From NCBI GenBank assembly GCA_017471705.1, contig JAFUSH010000052.1:14869-78868 (forward strand): DNA of 64,000 bases, in the 5' to 3' direction. This DNA comes from Alphaproteobacteria bacterium. GTDB lineage: Bacteria > Pseudomonadota > Alphaproteobacteria > RF32 > CAG-239. Below are positions 38,723 through 47,751 of this stretch, piece after piece; position 1 is the first letter of the stretch; every line of letters begins with the position of its first letter. The notes below the pieces were generated by a model. The model searched no databases. It had not been told where the DNA came from and saw nothing but the letters and a program-made list of their open reading frames with translations. The translations under genes were made by a program, and so were the position numbers.

Positions 38723-39933
38723 TCTGGTATGGCGTTGATGGTTTCACTTAAAAGTGGCAGCGGATTTTCTAAACAGTTGACAGCGCTATCAAATTTGTTT
38801 GGCGCAAGGTGCATATATCGCTTAGTCATTTCAAGCGTAGCGTGCCCCATTAGCTCACTGATAGTGTTAATATCAACGCCGTCCATTGCAAGCCATGACG
38901 CAAAAGTATGGCGCAGCGTATGAAAAACAACCTTATTGCGGTCATCAGTAATGTCTTTGTTAAATAATTCATCAACAATGCGTTGATATTGATCTGAAAT
39001 AGTATTTACATGTTCAGATCTGTCTGCTTTCATAAATAGATAATCATTAGGTTTAAGGTCTGCACAGCGGCGTTTGAGCATATCAAAAACAATTTGCGTT
39101 AATGGTAATGCACGATTAACAACCCCTTTAGGATCACGAACATAGAGCCTGCGCGCGGTAAAGTTAATATCTACAGCTTGTAATTTGCATATTTCACCGG
39201 CACGCAAGCCGCAACATAAAGCAAGCAGTGACATATCAAAAACAGTGCTTGTCGGCATTTTACTTAATCTTTCAAATAGTATTGCGGCCTCTTCTCTTGA
39301 TAAAAAACGGATTCGGCGATTATCTATTTTAAGTTTTTTGACTTTTGAGGCCGGATTGTCACCGGCAAAATATTCATTATTTTTAGCCATATTAAATACA
39401 TGGCCGATATAAATTAAAATCTTATTAACGCTTGACGGCGCAAGGCCGGCGGTAATCATATTTGCTTTAATTGTTTCAAGATGTATAGGCTTTATATCCA
39501 CAAGACGCATATCGCCAATCACCGGCAAAATATGGTTATTATGCGCGCCGACTTTCCCCTCTTTAGGTTTATTCTCGTCAATATAGCTAGGTTTGTAAAC
39601 TTCTTCAAAAAATTGCCGGTATGTAATATTTTCTCTTTCTTGAATTGCTGCAGCGGTGGCCTCGGCTTTTTTCTTAGCCTCGGCCATTTCTGCTTTTTCT
39701 TTTAAGCTGAAATAACCGGAGCCGTTTTTAATGTTGTTGCGAATAATTTCTATTTCTGCAGCAGCCTTTGCCTCTGTATATCCGGCACTTTCCCACCCAA
39801 AACCCTCTTCACGCTGCTTGCCGTTGACGGTGTAGCGTAAATAAAAATATCTATCCTTACGGATCTGTCCGTTTTTGCGTGTTGGGTGTTCACGATAATA
39901 AACGCCGCGTATTTTTGTTTTTACTCTATCCAT
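38680..39933 (-). CDS. int: tyrosine integrase
   Basis: C-terminal HTLRHTFASWLAMDGVDINTISELMGHATLEMTKRYMHL (R..H-x-x-R..Y catalytic signature). N-terminal arm-binding-type domain. Adjacent to the tRNA. Confidence 0.9.
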   Translation of the reverse strand: MDRVKTKIRGVYYREHPTRKNGQIRKDRYFYLRYTVNGKQREEGFGWESAGYTEAKAAAEIEIIRNNIKNGSGYFSLKEKAEMAEAKKKAEATAAAIQERENITYRQFFEEVYKPSYIDENKPKEGKVGAHNNHILPVIGDMRLVDIKPIHLETIKANMITAGLAPSSVNKILIYIGHVFNMAKNNEYFAGDNPASKVKKLKIDNRRIRFLSREEAAILFERLSKMPTSTVFDMSLLALCCGLRAGEICKLQAVDINFTARRLYVRDPKGVVNRALPLTQIVFDMLKRRCADLKPNDYLFMKADRSEHVNTISDQYQRIVDELFNKDITDDRNKVVFHTLRHTFASWLAMDGVDINTISELMGHATLEMTKRYMHLAPNKFDSAVNCLENPLPLLSETINAIPDYSAAIEQPQSEEA

Positions 39934-39936
39934 ATA

Positions 39937-39989
39937 TTTACCCCTAAATTACCCCTAAATTTTGGTCAAAATATATCATTATAAATCTA
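39937..39989 (+). repeat. 53-bp direct repeat, copy A (tandem ACCCCTAAATT 11-mers plus AATATATCATTATAAATCTA); candidate Int arm-type sites
   Basis: 50/53 identical to 40309-40361. Lies 119 bp from the tRNA 5' end and abuts the int start codon. Confidence 0.8.
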
Positions 39990-40108
39990 TATAAATCTAA
40001 AACCAATATACAAACAAAATCCTTGATTGTCAATACTTTTGCAATATAAATCGTGATAAATTAAAGTAAATCTAAAACAATATAAAAACGCATTCGTAAA
40101 GAGTTTAG

Positions 40109-40184
40109 GCCGTGGTAGCTCAGTTGGTAGAGCAAACGATTCGTAATCGTTAGGTCGGAAGTTCAAATCTTCTCCACGGCACCA
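40109..40184 (+). tRNA. tRNA-Thr (anticodon CGU)
   Basis: Manual cloverleaf. Acceptor GCCGTGG/CCACGGC, D arm GCTC/GAGC, anticodon arm AACGA-TTCGTAA-TCGTT (CGT at 40142-40144), T arm GGAAG-TTCAAAT-CTTCT, encoded CCA. Confidence 0.85.
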
Positions 40185-40189
40185 GTTCA

Positions 40190-40220
40190 AAGCCTTGAAA
40201 ATCAAGGCTTTTATTTTTTT
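40190..40220 (+). terminator. Intrinsic terminator after the tRNA
   Basis: AAGCCTTGA-aaa-TCAAGGCTT followed by TTATTTTTTT. Confidence 0.8.
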
Positions 40221-40308
40221 ACTACTGTTATAATAAGCAGACTAATTTTATAAATTTAAGTAAATTTTTGCCGCTCCGGTGATGGTGTTTTGAGGTGGAT
40301 TTTGAAAT

Positions 40309-40361
40309 TTTACCCCTAAATTACCCCTAAATTTTAATCTAAATATATCATTATAAATCTA
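40309..40361 (+). repeat. 53-bp direct repeat, copy B
   Basis: Same orientation as copy A. Lies 124 bp from the tRNA 3' end. Confidence 0.8.
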
Positions 40362-40558
40362 AAAATGATTTAGGATCCTGCGCGTCATTTAAGTTCAAAA
40401 ATGACTTACAAATTAAACTTATGTATCATGATGATAGATTTATGTTTAGCAAATTAAACTTAGATTTTAAATGACATCTCATGACATATAATATCGTTGT
40501 TATATCAATATATTAAGCTGATTTAGGATAGATTTTAAATATGAAAATGACACAAAAG

Positions 40559-40586
40559 AACGTCTTGCCGGTGTTAGCAAGACGTT
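40559..40586 (-). terminator. Hairpin terminator at the distal end of the leftward early operon (bidirectional)
   Basis: AACGTCTTGC-cggtgtta-GCAAGACGTT, with T-rich flanks on both strands. Lies 24 nt past the stop at 40610. Confidence 0.65.
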
Positions 40587-40609
40587 TTAATAGAGAGCTA
40601 AGGCGGTGG

Positions 40610-40948
40610 CTATTCACGCCAAGTGTCATATATTTCAATTTCCGGCAGTTCAATATCTTCGTTTGGGGTTATAACAATGCTGCCGTATTTATCCATAAAT
40701 TTTATAAGCTCGTCTATGCTGTTTATTTCTATGGTAAAGGCTTTTTCTTTTCCTTTCACTTTATAACAGCCATTAGCACCATTTCTTAATGTTTTATTTA
40801 TATAATCATTAAACCGCTCACCGTGATTTTTTACCATTTCCTCTCTTGATACACTTCTAAAGTCTATATACTCAAGCTCGGCCTCTTGCGCCTCTTCGCA
40901 AGGCTTTTCCTCTCTCCATGCCGATGTTCTTGTAATTTTAAATTTCAT
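40610..40948 (-). CDS. hypothetical protein (112 aa), last gene of the leftward operon
   Basis: ORF overlapping the upstream gene stop. Confidence 0.5.
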   Translation of the reverse strand: MKFKITRTSAWREEKPCEEAQEAELEYIDFRSVSREEMVKNHGERFNDYINKTLRNGANGCYKVKGKEKAFTIEINSIDELIKFMDKYGSIVITPNEDIELPEIEIYDTWRE

Positions 40949-41316
40949 TTCATACGCCTCCCTAATTCAATATCATAAACAAGCTCGTTGATATGTAAAT
41001 CTGTGTCTTTACCGTCAACAAGACGCATATCGGTCACTTCAAACAGCATTTTTGTTTTGGTATAACCGCGGTGAAATTCAACAGTTTTATAAAAACAATC
41101 AAGCCGTTTGCGCCAGTGCGCACTCTGCCGACGGTATTCGTGAGTTTTCCGGCCGGCCTCAATCTTATCATACCATTCAGATTTTAGAAAAAGCACAAGT
41201 TTGTCTTTTGTTTCTGCCTGTTCAAGGTTGATCTGATATAGGCATTTATCGCAAAACATATCATCTTGGTAAATTTTCTCAAATTCTTGCCTGCATATAT
41301 CGCACTTAATTTTCAT
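40945..41316 (-). CDS. ASCH-domain protein with N-terminal zinc-ribbon (123 aa)
   Basis: ATG at 41316 follows GGAGG. CDIC...CDKC ribbon. LKSEWYDKIEAGRKTHEYRR resembles the ASCH signature. Confidence 0.55.
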   Translation of the reverse strand: MKIKCDICRQEFEKIYQDDMFCDKCLYQINLEQAETKDKLVLFLKSEWYDKIEAGRKTHEYRRQSAHWRKRLDCFYKTVEFHRGYTKTKMLFEVTDMRLVDGKDTDLHINELVYDIELGRRMK

Positions 41317-41317
41317 T

Positions 41318-41596
41318 TTATACCTCCGTGTCGCTAAAAGCAAAAGACAAACGAATAGCATGACGCATTGATAAATTATCTAACAACCCGTTTTCATAGG
41401 CTTTTTTATAATGGCTTTTAACTTTATTTAAAAATCCTTTTGAATAATTATCTTGAATGAGTGGCATACAAGCAAGTATATCCCACGATTGACAATCAAA
41501 AACCTCAATATATTGATCTACAAATTTTTCAATTTCCTTATAGTTTTTGTTATTGATTGCCTTAACTAATTCTTTTTTTTGTTCCCATGTAATCAT
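41318..41596 (-). CDS. hypothetical protein (92 aa)
   Basis: ORF in operon. Confidence 0.5.
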   Translation of the reverse strand: MITWEQKKELVKAINNKNYKEIEKFVDQYIEVFDCQSWDILACMPLIQDNYSKGFLNKVKSHYKKAYENGLLDNLSMRHAIRLSFAFSDTEV

Positions 41597-41597
41597 C

Positions 41598-41972
41598 TTA
41601 TTTTAACTCCTCAAAAAGTGGTAATTTCTTGTTGTTGCGCCGATTCTCTCGGTGCTGCTCAATATCGTGGTTGAGGTGGCATTTTTGGCATAATGCGCGC
41701 AGGTTTGCCGGATCATTATTTTGTGGGTTATGATCCAAGTGCGCGATGGTTAAGACAATCTTGATAATATGGAGGCCGTCAAGAGCGTCTGCCTCTTGCT
41801 GCATACCGCAACTCTCTACAAAATGACCGTTCTCGTCACGGTAACCCTCTGCATAGTTTTCTACGCCACAAAACTCGCAGCGATTGCCGGCACGTTTTAA
41901 GATGGCCTGCCGGATCTCTTTCCAGTTTTTAGGGTAAAGTTTTTTATTTTCCGGCGATATTGGCATATTCAT
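41598..41972 (-). CDS. HNH endonuclease
   Basis: AGNRCEFCG...HLDHNPQNNDPANLRALCQKCHLNHD (HNH core with flanking Cys pairs). Confidence 0.85.
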   Translation of the reverse strand: MNMPISPENKKLYPKNWKEIRQAILKRAGNRCEFCGVENYAEGYRDENGHFVESCGMQQEADALDGLHIIKIVLTIAHLDHNPQNNDPANLRALCQKCHLNHDIEQHRENRRNNKKLPLFEELK

Positions 41973-42174
41973 TTTTCCTTATAGTAAAATCCCATGAATA
42001 CCACCCCGCATATATCTGGCCAGCTGTTTCATCAGCGTTAATCCAAAAATCAAGTTGCGAGAAAAAATACGGCTTAAATGCTTTTGATAAACAAGAATAG
42101 TTTAGGCGTTTAACCTTAACTGTGCCGCTTTTCTTAAATCGGCCTATATTCTTAAATGTTAATTCATATATCAT
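41944..42174 (-). CDS. hypothetical protein (76 aa)
   Basis: ORF in operon. It spans the copy-1/copy-2 boundary without any discontinuity. Confidence 0.45.
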   Translation of the reverse strand: MIYELTFKNIGRFKKSGTVKVKRLNYSCLSKAFKPYFFSQLDFWINADETAGQIYAGWYSWDFTIRKNEYANIAGK

Positions 42175-42392
42175 TGCGGCCGGCCTTTCTCTTCATCACT
42201 TATACTCATCATCAAAAGTGGCAGGTTTTTGTAGATGTTGTTAAGAATGCTTTGAATTGCTTGCCGGATCTCTTTCGGTGTGGTTGCGTTAATTTCGCCG
42301 TGTTGATGAATACCGACGCCGTTTTGATTGTGTATATCTTCGGCGACAAATTCAAGTATATAGCGGCCATAAACTTTTTGTTCTTTAGACAT
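42171..42392 (-). CDS. hypothetical early protein (73 aa), second copy
   Basis: Translation identical to 41..262. Confidence 0.5.
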   Translation of the reverse strand: MSKEQKVYGRYILEFVAEDIHNQNGVGIHQHGEINATTPKEIRQAIQSILNNIYKNLPLLMMSISDEEKGRPQ

Positions 42393-42567
42393 TTTCTTTC
42401 TCCTTAATGTATTTACCGGCGCAGCGGTGGTATTGTGATCTTTTGACTTTTATGACGTCTATTTGCCATTTGGCGCAAAAGTGATACCAGTGACGCTGCG
42501 CATATTTGTTTGGCCAGTTTTCTAAATACTGGCAATATTTACAATTTTGGCACATGGTGACTTTCAT
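42385..42567 (-). CDS. small Cys-rich protein, second copy
   Basis: Identical to 255..437. Confidence 0.45.
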   Translation of the reverse strand: MKVTMCQNCKYCQYLENWPNKYAQRHWYHFCAKWQIDVIKVKRSQYHRCAGKYIKEKENV

Positions 42568-42929
42568 TTTTTAGCTTTCGTATATGGACAAGTTAAATAT
42601 GGGTGATCACTTTGGCCAAAGAGGCGGCAAACTTCCGGCCTCTTGTTATAGATTTTACATGAACAAATACCGACAGCATTGCGCTCCAAGAACGGACAAA
42701 CAAGACTTTCAACAGTAGCCTTAAGTTTATCGTCCGGCATTTGTGGGTTTATGCTTTCCATTTTGCGCAGCAGGCTCTTTGGATAAAAGACAAGCTGATC
42801 ATTAAGCGTGGCTTTTACAAAAGATACATGCAGCTCTTTAGCCTCGCGCTTGATCGCGCGGTATTCTTTAGCCGTGAACGGCACAAAGCCGCAGCAGCGG
42901 CCGCAGCGGTGGCAGATAAAATCAGACAT
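42564..42929 (-). CDS. YkgJ-family CxxCxxCC protein, second copy
   Basis: Identical to 434..799. Confidence 0.7.
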   Translation of the reverse strand: MSDFICHRCGRCCGFVPFTAKEYRAIKREAKELHVSFVKATLNDQLVFYPKSLLRKMESINPQMPDDKLKATVESLVCPFLERNAVGICSCKIYNKRPEVCRLFGQSDHPYLTCPYTKAKK

Positions 42930-43338
42930 TTAATTTCTCCTGTAATTTAGCTAAAGCCTTTTCATTATGAAACTGCTCTAATTTGGCCAATGCTTTTTCT
43001 ATACGGATTTGCGGCTCAATGTTTTTTGCTGATAATATGCTGCGCATACAATATCTAAATATTTCTATTTCTTCCTGTAGTGCTGCAGATGATACAAAAT
43101 TGAGTAGTGCTGTATCTTTGCGTTTAGCCGGTGTTTTAATGACTTCAATGGCGCGTGTTTTGCCTTTGAGCCTGCGAATATAACCGCGATCTTCAAGTGC
43201 CGTTAAAAGAGTATGAATACCGGATTTTGATTTTAAACCAAGCGCAGTGCGCATATCATCATAAGACGGTGCAATGCCGGTGCGTTGTATATACTGACGG
43301 ATATATGCAAACAGTTTGTTTTGGGTTTTAGTCATCAT
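42922..43338 (-). CDS. LexA DNA-binding-domain-only protein, second copy
   Basis: Identical to 792..1208. Confidence 0.65.
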   Translation of the reverse strand: MMTKTQNKLFAYIRQYIQRTGIAPSYDDMRTALGLKSKSGIHTLLTALEDRGYIRRLKGKTRAIEVIKTPAKRKDTALLNFVSSAALQEEIEIFRYCMRSILSAKNIEPQIRIEKALAKLEQFHNEKALAKLQEKLNV

Positions 43339-43699
43339 CGGCCTCCGTTTGCAGCACTTTTTCACAATCTCTTAGGATCTGCTTTGTTGTGTCGTCAAGT
43401 TCGTCAACACTGCTTGAGAGGTCTTGCACTTCATAGCGTAGCGTTTCAAGGCGATCAACAATGTCGTTAATATCGTGTTGCCGGCGTGAAAGTGGTAGAG
43501 GCAACAGTGCGCGCATATCAGGATCGGTGCATATTTCATAAAAAATCTCATCATCTTTTGCGTTAATTTCAGCAATACGCTGCTTGACTGTTTCCTCCGG
43601 CTGTGCAACCCATTCATAACGCTCGGCCGCTCTCGTTTGTTTGTTGCGGCGTATGGCCAAAATCATATCTTCTTTATTGCTGTTTAATATTGTCGCCAT
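43328..43699 (-). CDS. hypothetical acidic protein, second copy
   Basis: Identical to 1198..1569. Confidence 0.5.
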   Translation of the reverse strand: MATILNSNKEDMILAIRRNKQTRAAERYEWVAQPEETVKQRIAEINAKDDEIFYEICTDPDMRALLPLPLSRRQHDINDIVDRLETLRYEVQDLSSSVDELDDTTKQILRDCEKVLQTEADDD

Positions 43700-43871
43700 T
43701 TGTTTTCTCCTTTGTTTTGATTTGTCTGGCTATGCAGTAGGCGGTAAAAAGTTTAAGCACGCGCTGGCGGCTTTCCACATTACGAAACTCTTGAGAACGT
43801 GTGCCACGTGTCCAGTCTTGCAGTGCGCGGTGGGTGAGTTCTAAAATTTCAGTCTTGTTTAGTTTGGCCAT
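43674..43871 (-). CDS. hypothetical protein (65 aa), second copy
   Basis: Identical to 1544..1741. Confidence 0.45.
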   Translation of the reverse strand: MAKLNKTEILELTHRALQDWTRGTRSQEFRNVESRQRVLKLFTAYCIARQIKTKEKTNGDNIKQQ

Positions 43872-44130
43872 AATTAGTGTCCTCCATAAAATTATCACGC
43901 AGCCAATTCTGCAGATAGGTGATTTTATCTTGATCCCAAGTATTAGCGCGCAGGCGTTCAAGATCGTGAATAACTGGATTGATAGCCGCACGTGCGCTGT
44001 GTCTTTCAATTCTTGCACCATCACACGCTCCGATCCGGTGCGCATTATGCACTAAAACATGAAGAGTGCCGACGGTTGTTAAAACTGGTCGATGGTTTTT
44101 AAGCCAGTGAATGAGTTTATTTTTTATCAT
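43849..44130 (-). CDS. hypothetical protein (93 aa), second copy
   Basis: Identical to 1719..2000. Confidence 0.5.
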   Translation of the reverse strand: MIKNKLIHWLKNHRPVLTTVGTLHVLVHNAHRIGACDGARIERHSARAAINPVIHDLERLRANTWDQDKITYLQNWLRDNFMEDTNYGQTKQD

Positions 44131-44220
44131 AATGGTTCTCCATAAATTTTGTTAAGGCAAACGCGCCGATAATAATAGCCACGCCTGCAACAATAATGAT
44201 TGTGTTAATTGACAATGATT

Positions 44221-44681
44221 TTACTCCCTTGCTGTGATGTCTTTTTTGAAATAAATGATGACAGTGCCGGAATTATTACCTTTGGCCGCTCTACCGGTAG
44301 CCGGATCCACAAAGCTAACTCTGCCGGATAAAATCTCGTAAAAGAATTTTTTGTAAATGTATTGATGGAAAGCGCGGCAGTCTGTGCAATTTGAGGGCAA
44401 TACCATGACGACAATGGCACAATCGCCGTTGATGACTTCATCATAAGCTTTGGCGATAAAAGCGGCTTTTTGGCTGAATGGTGGATTACAAAAGACACGT
44501 TCCCCCCCCCCCATGAGGTTTGCAGGGCGTTAATACCCTGATCAAAATACAAGCCGCGTGGTGCTTTGCAGTTGGCGGTGGTGCAAGCAGCGTCAAGTGT
44601 GAAATTAAAAACACGATCAAGCTGCCGATAAAGAAAATCCGGTGTTTCAAAGCCGTCGTTACCTTTAACATTCATCTTCAT
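44221..44681 (-). pseudogene. Dam-family N6-adenine methyltransferase with poly-G(11) tract (OFF state, different wrong frame)
   Basis: C run 44502-44512 has 11 residues. The N-terminal frame continues as ...SWGGGNVSFVIHH... (158-aa ORF). The catalytic half GGGERVFCNPPFS lies in another frame. Confidence 0.8.
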
Positions 44682-44857
44682 TTTTTCTGTCCTTTAATGG
44701 GTTTAAGATCCTTTAAGAGTTCACGTGCAGCGATTTTTACGCGCGCAAGCTCGCTAAAAGGGTTGCTATAGCTTTCAGTGGCCAGATCTGCAACACGCTC
44801 GATAACTTTCGGATCAACAGCAATTTTGCGTTTGAATGGGTTAAGCTCTAGTTTCAT
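44678..44857 (-). CDS. hypothetical protein (59 aa), second copy
   Basis: Identical to 2547..2726. Confidence 0.45.
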   Translation of the reverse strand: MKLELNPFKRKIAVDPKVIERVADLATESYSNPFSELARVKIAARELLKDLKPIKGQKK

Positions 44858-44859
44858 AC

Positions 44860-45306
44860 TTAATCCTTTCCGGTGCTGCCAAACCCTCGCGTGCCGCGCT
44901 CGGTGGGTGTGAGTTCTTTGGCTGTGACGACTATCGGTTTGAAAATCGGGCAAACAACAAGCTGCGCAATGCGCTCGTTCGGCTCGATGGTTACCGGTGA
45001 GCTACTAAAATTAAACAGTGTGATTTGAATTTCACCACGATAAGAGGCGTCTATTGTGCCGAATTGGGCAACAATACCCTTAACAGTGTGGCCGGAGCGT
45101 GGTCTGACTTGCAGCTCATATTCAAGCGGAGCAAGCCGCTGCGCTGTGTCGATTTCAACAGCAATGCCGGTGCCGACAGTTGCGCGGCCATGCGGATCTA
45201 TAACAAGAGGATCTTTGATTGCAGCACGCAGATCGTAGCCGCTGTCGCCGGCGCGTGTGTGCAGTTCTTCTGTTTCAGGGAATAGATATTTAACTTTAAG
45301 CTGCAT
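44860..45306 (-). CDS. dut: dUTPase, second copy
   Basis: Identical to 2729..3175. Confidence 0.9.
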   Translation of the reverse strand: MQLKVKYLFPETEELHTRAGDSGYDLRAAIKDPLVIDPHGRATVGTGIAVEIDTAQRLAPLEYELQVRPRSGHTVKGIVAQFGTIDASYRGEIQITLFNFSSSPVTIEPNERIAQLVVCPIFKPIVVTAKELTPTERGTRGFGSTGKD

Positions 45307-45580
45307 TTTCTTTCTCCATAATTTTCATAAGTTGATGATAAGACGGCACTGGTGAAAGCACGGTGAGCGTGTTGAGGTTGGTGCCGATAAATACGCCGTC
45401 ACCGGTGAATTTCGGTTGCGGTTTAGGTAACCCTGCGGCCTCACGTTGTTTGATTTCTGCGGCGGTCGGATATGTCCATTTACAGATATGGTAAGCGCCA
45501 CAATAAATGTGATACCACCCTGCTTTCAATTCGCCTGCGTGATAGGCCTTTGTGAGTTCGTTGCTATCAGGATTTTGCAT
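45296..45580 (-). CDS. hypothetical protein (94 aa), second copy
   Basis: Identical to 3165..3449. Confidence 0.5.
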   Translation of the reverse strand: MQNPDSNELTKAYHAGELKAGWYHIYCGAYHICKWTYPTAAEIKQREAAGLPKPQPKFTGDGVFIGTNLNTLTVLSPVPSYHQLMKIMEKENAA

Positions 45581-45809
45581 GAACAGCCTCCAGTCTGGCA
45601 GCAAGCCATTTAATAAGATCTTCTTTGTTATAAACAACTTTAGAGCCTATTTTGTGGCTATTTGGCACGCCGCACCCACGATAATCATAGGTTGCCATTG
45701 TTTTTGGAGTATATAAGCCGCCGGTATATTTAGCTATATCAGCGCGTGCAATAATTTCCGGCCAAGCAGCGCGGAAGTTAGCACAAATTTCTGCAATTTT
45801 TTTATCCAT
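45567..45809 (-). CDS. excisionase/AlpA-like HTH protein, second copy
   Basis: Identical to 3436..3678. Confidence 0.45.
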   Translation of the reverse strand: MDKKIAEICANFRAAWPEIIARADIAKYTGGLYTPKTMATYDYRGCGVPNSHKIGSKVVYNKEDLIKWLAARLEAVHAKS

Positions 45810-45826
45810 TTGCTTTTATCCTTTCT

Positions 45827-46087
45827 TTATGAATGTGATGGAAGTTGAATGAAATATTTAACATCAAAAGAATTGCCATAATTGGCATAATAGACGTGGT
45901 CTATAGCCTGCCATTTATCGCCAAGCCATAAAGCTTGCTCTACACGGTAACGTGGTGTATTTTCGTTAAAACCATGCTTATTGATGTAATAAGGGTTAGG
46001 AATAAGCACCACATAATCAGCTTTTTGTGCTGCGGCGGTGTTTTCCGGTTTGTATTTTGGGTATGGTAGCCAATTATTCATAATCAA
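45827..46087 (-). CDS. hypothetical protein (86 aa), second copy
   Basis: Identical to 3696..3956. Confidence 0.5.
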   Translation of the reverse strand: MIMNNWLPYPKYKPENTAAAQKADYVVLIPNPYYINKHGFNENTPRYRVEQALWLGDKWQAIDHVYYANYGNSFDVKYFIQLPSHS

Positions 46088-46403
46088 CTACCTCACCCAT
46101 TTGAGCGCGTAGCTCGTTAATCTCTTGATCTAAAATTGCCGTGTTAGCATGAATTTGTTCAAGCAACGCCTCGCAGCGGTCAAAAGATTGATTATATTCA
46201 TAGATATTGTAAAAAGTGAAAGCGGCGGCAAAAATGCCGATAACAAAACAAACCGCCGTGATAAAGCATTGTAAAATACCTTTTGCTGCGCGTCTTTCTC
46301 TTTCTTTATCTGCGATCAAACGCAACCGCTCAAAATGATCTATTGTCATTTGACCTTTTGGCGATGGTGAACAATCTTTATATTTGTTAAGTAAATCGGT
46401 CAT
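46074..46403 (-). CDS. membrane-anchored coiled-coil protein, second copy
   Basis: Identical to 3943..4272. Confidence 0.5.
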   Translation of the reverse strand: MTDLLNKYKDCSPSPKGQMTIDHFERLRLIADKERERRAAKGILQCFITAVCFVIGIFAAAFTFYNIYEYNQSFDRCEALLEQIHANTAILDQEINELRAQMGEVVDYE

Positions 46404-46406
46404 AGT

Positions 46407-46694
46407 TTAAGCCTCCAAAGAGTAGTTAAGACGGATATGATTGACACCATAAGTGTCGGTAAAAGTTGAAAATGTGAGATTGTATTTTTGAACAAGTGAG
46501 GCAAAGGCCGGTGTGTCAATTACTCTGGCTTTGATTTCTTCCGGTTTCCAGTTGTCGCAGTTGAGTGTAGCAGTGTTGTTCTTTATTTGCCGCTCTGTCA
46601 TCATTGCCTTTGGTGTTGCATAATAACCACCGGCCGTGCGAATGCCTTTTGCAAGCTTTTGCAGATCTTTTTTAAGTTGGGTTGTATTAAGCAT
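46407..46694 (-). CDS. hypothetical protein (95 aa), second copy
   Basis: Identical to 4276..4563. Confidence 0.55.
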   Translation of the reverse strand: MLNTTQLKKDLQKLAKGIRTAGGYYATPKAMMTERQIKNNTATLNCDNWKPEEIKARVIDTPAFASLVQKYNLTFSTFTDTYGVNHIRLNYSLEA

Positions 46695-46875
46695 TTATTT
46701 TCTCCTTAAATTTAGATTTAACACGATTTAAGGATAAAATATGCCAATTTGGCACAAATGTCAATATAAAAATATGCCAATTAAGCATATTTTTATTCAC
46801 AACAAGAGAAAAGCCTGAAAAATAAAGGCTTTCAGGCTTGTGAAAAAATTTAGATTTACTTTAATTTAACGTGAT

Positions 46876-47235
46876 TTACTTTGCTATATAAGGTCTATTC
46901 ATGGCTACATAAATTATAAATATCGGTATATTAACGTAAAAAAATGCAGATGTCGGTATATACCAAAATAAATATATACCGGCGCTGATCATATATATAT
47001 AATAAACCAAAAAGCCTCCCTCCGGCGCTGAATATAGTGTAATATAATGCCGGCCATACTTTCCGGGGGCAATTAAACCTATGTGTAAAAAGAAGTATAT
47101 GCCGATAATGTATCTGGCAAAACTTTTCATATTGCTGTCGTATGCGCCGCCTGAATGTTCCGGCAGTATATAATATGCAATAATAAGCGCAAATAAAAAC
47201 AAGATCTTTGCTATGTTATACCAAGATATTTTCAT
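46876..47235 (-). CDS. polytopic membrane protein, second copy
   Basis: Identical to 4745..5104. Confidence 0.6.
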   Translation of the reverse strand: MKISWYNIAKILFLFALIIAYYILPEHSGGAYDSNMKSFARYIIGIYFFLHIGLIAPGKYGRHYITLYSAPEGGFLVYYIYMISAGIYLFWYIPTSAFFYVNIPIFIIYVAMNRPYIAK

Positions 47236-47238
47236 GCA

Positions 47239-47595
47239 CTATCTTTCATTTGATTTTTGCGGTGGCGTGAGCGGTTGGCCAGAATGTTCAGAACTGTCTG
47301 TTTGTGTTGATATATTCTGATTATTTCCGCTTTGCGGTGTGGTTGTTTTACGGATCATGCGTAAAATTTCGCGCTCTTCCGGTGTAATTTCTTCCGGCTG
47401 CCATTCTTTTGGTAGTAGCTCGTATGGCTTGACATCAAGCGCAGCGGCGATTGCCGGTATATACTCCATATCAAGGCCGCGCTCCCCTTTTTCTATGCGG
47501 CCAAGATTTGTATAAGACATACCGATTTTCTCCGCAAGCTGCTGCTGCGTTAATTTTCGCGCTTGTCTTAATTCTTTTATTCGGTTTGTCTGCAT
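47239..47595 (-). CDS. CI-like repressor, second copy
   Basis: Identical to 5108..5464. Confidence 0.8.
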   Translation of the reverse strand: MQTNRIKELRQARKLTQQQLAEKIGMSYTNLGRIEKGERGLDMEYIPAIAAALDVKPYELLPKEWQPEEITPEEREILRMIRKTTTPQSGNNQNISTQTDSSEHSGQPLTPPQKSNER

Positions 47596-47751
47596 TTTAA
47601 ATCTCCTTATCTGGCATAATTATATGCCAAAAAGGATTATTTTTCAAGAGGTTTAAATAATAAAAATAAAAAATGTGTCAAAAAAGCATATTTTAATATT
47701 GACACATTGTGCCAATTTGGCATATAAGGGTTTTCAGGAGGTAAAACCGCA

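Larger units (their letters stand above)
46736..47728. promoter_or_regulatory. Immunity-region promoters, operators and terminator, second copy
   Basis: Same sequence as 4605..5597. TGCCAAWTTGGCA operators lie at 46742-46754 and 47710-47722. Confidence 0.6.

Noticed and set aside
40109-40184. The tRNA-Thr, considered as bacterial flanking sequence marking a prophage end (attL/attR).
   Set aside because: Phage genes continue on both sides within the same repeating unit, and no bacterial genes follow. The tRNA is part of the phage unit.
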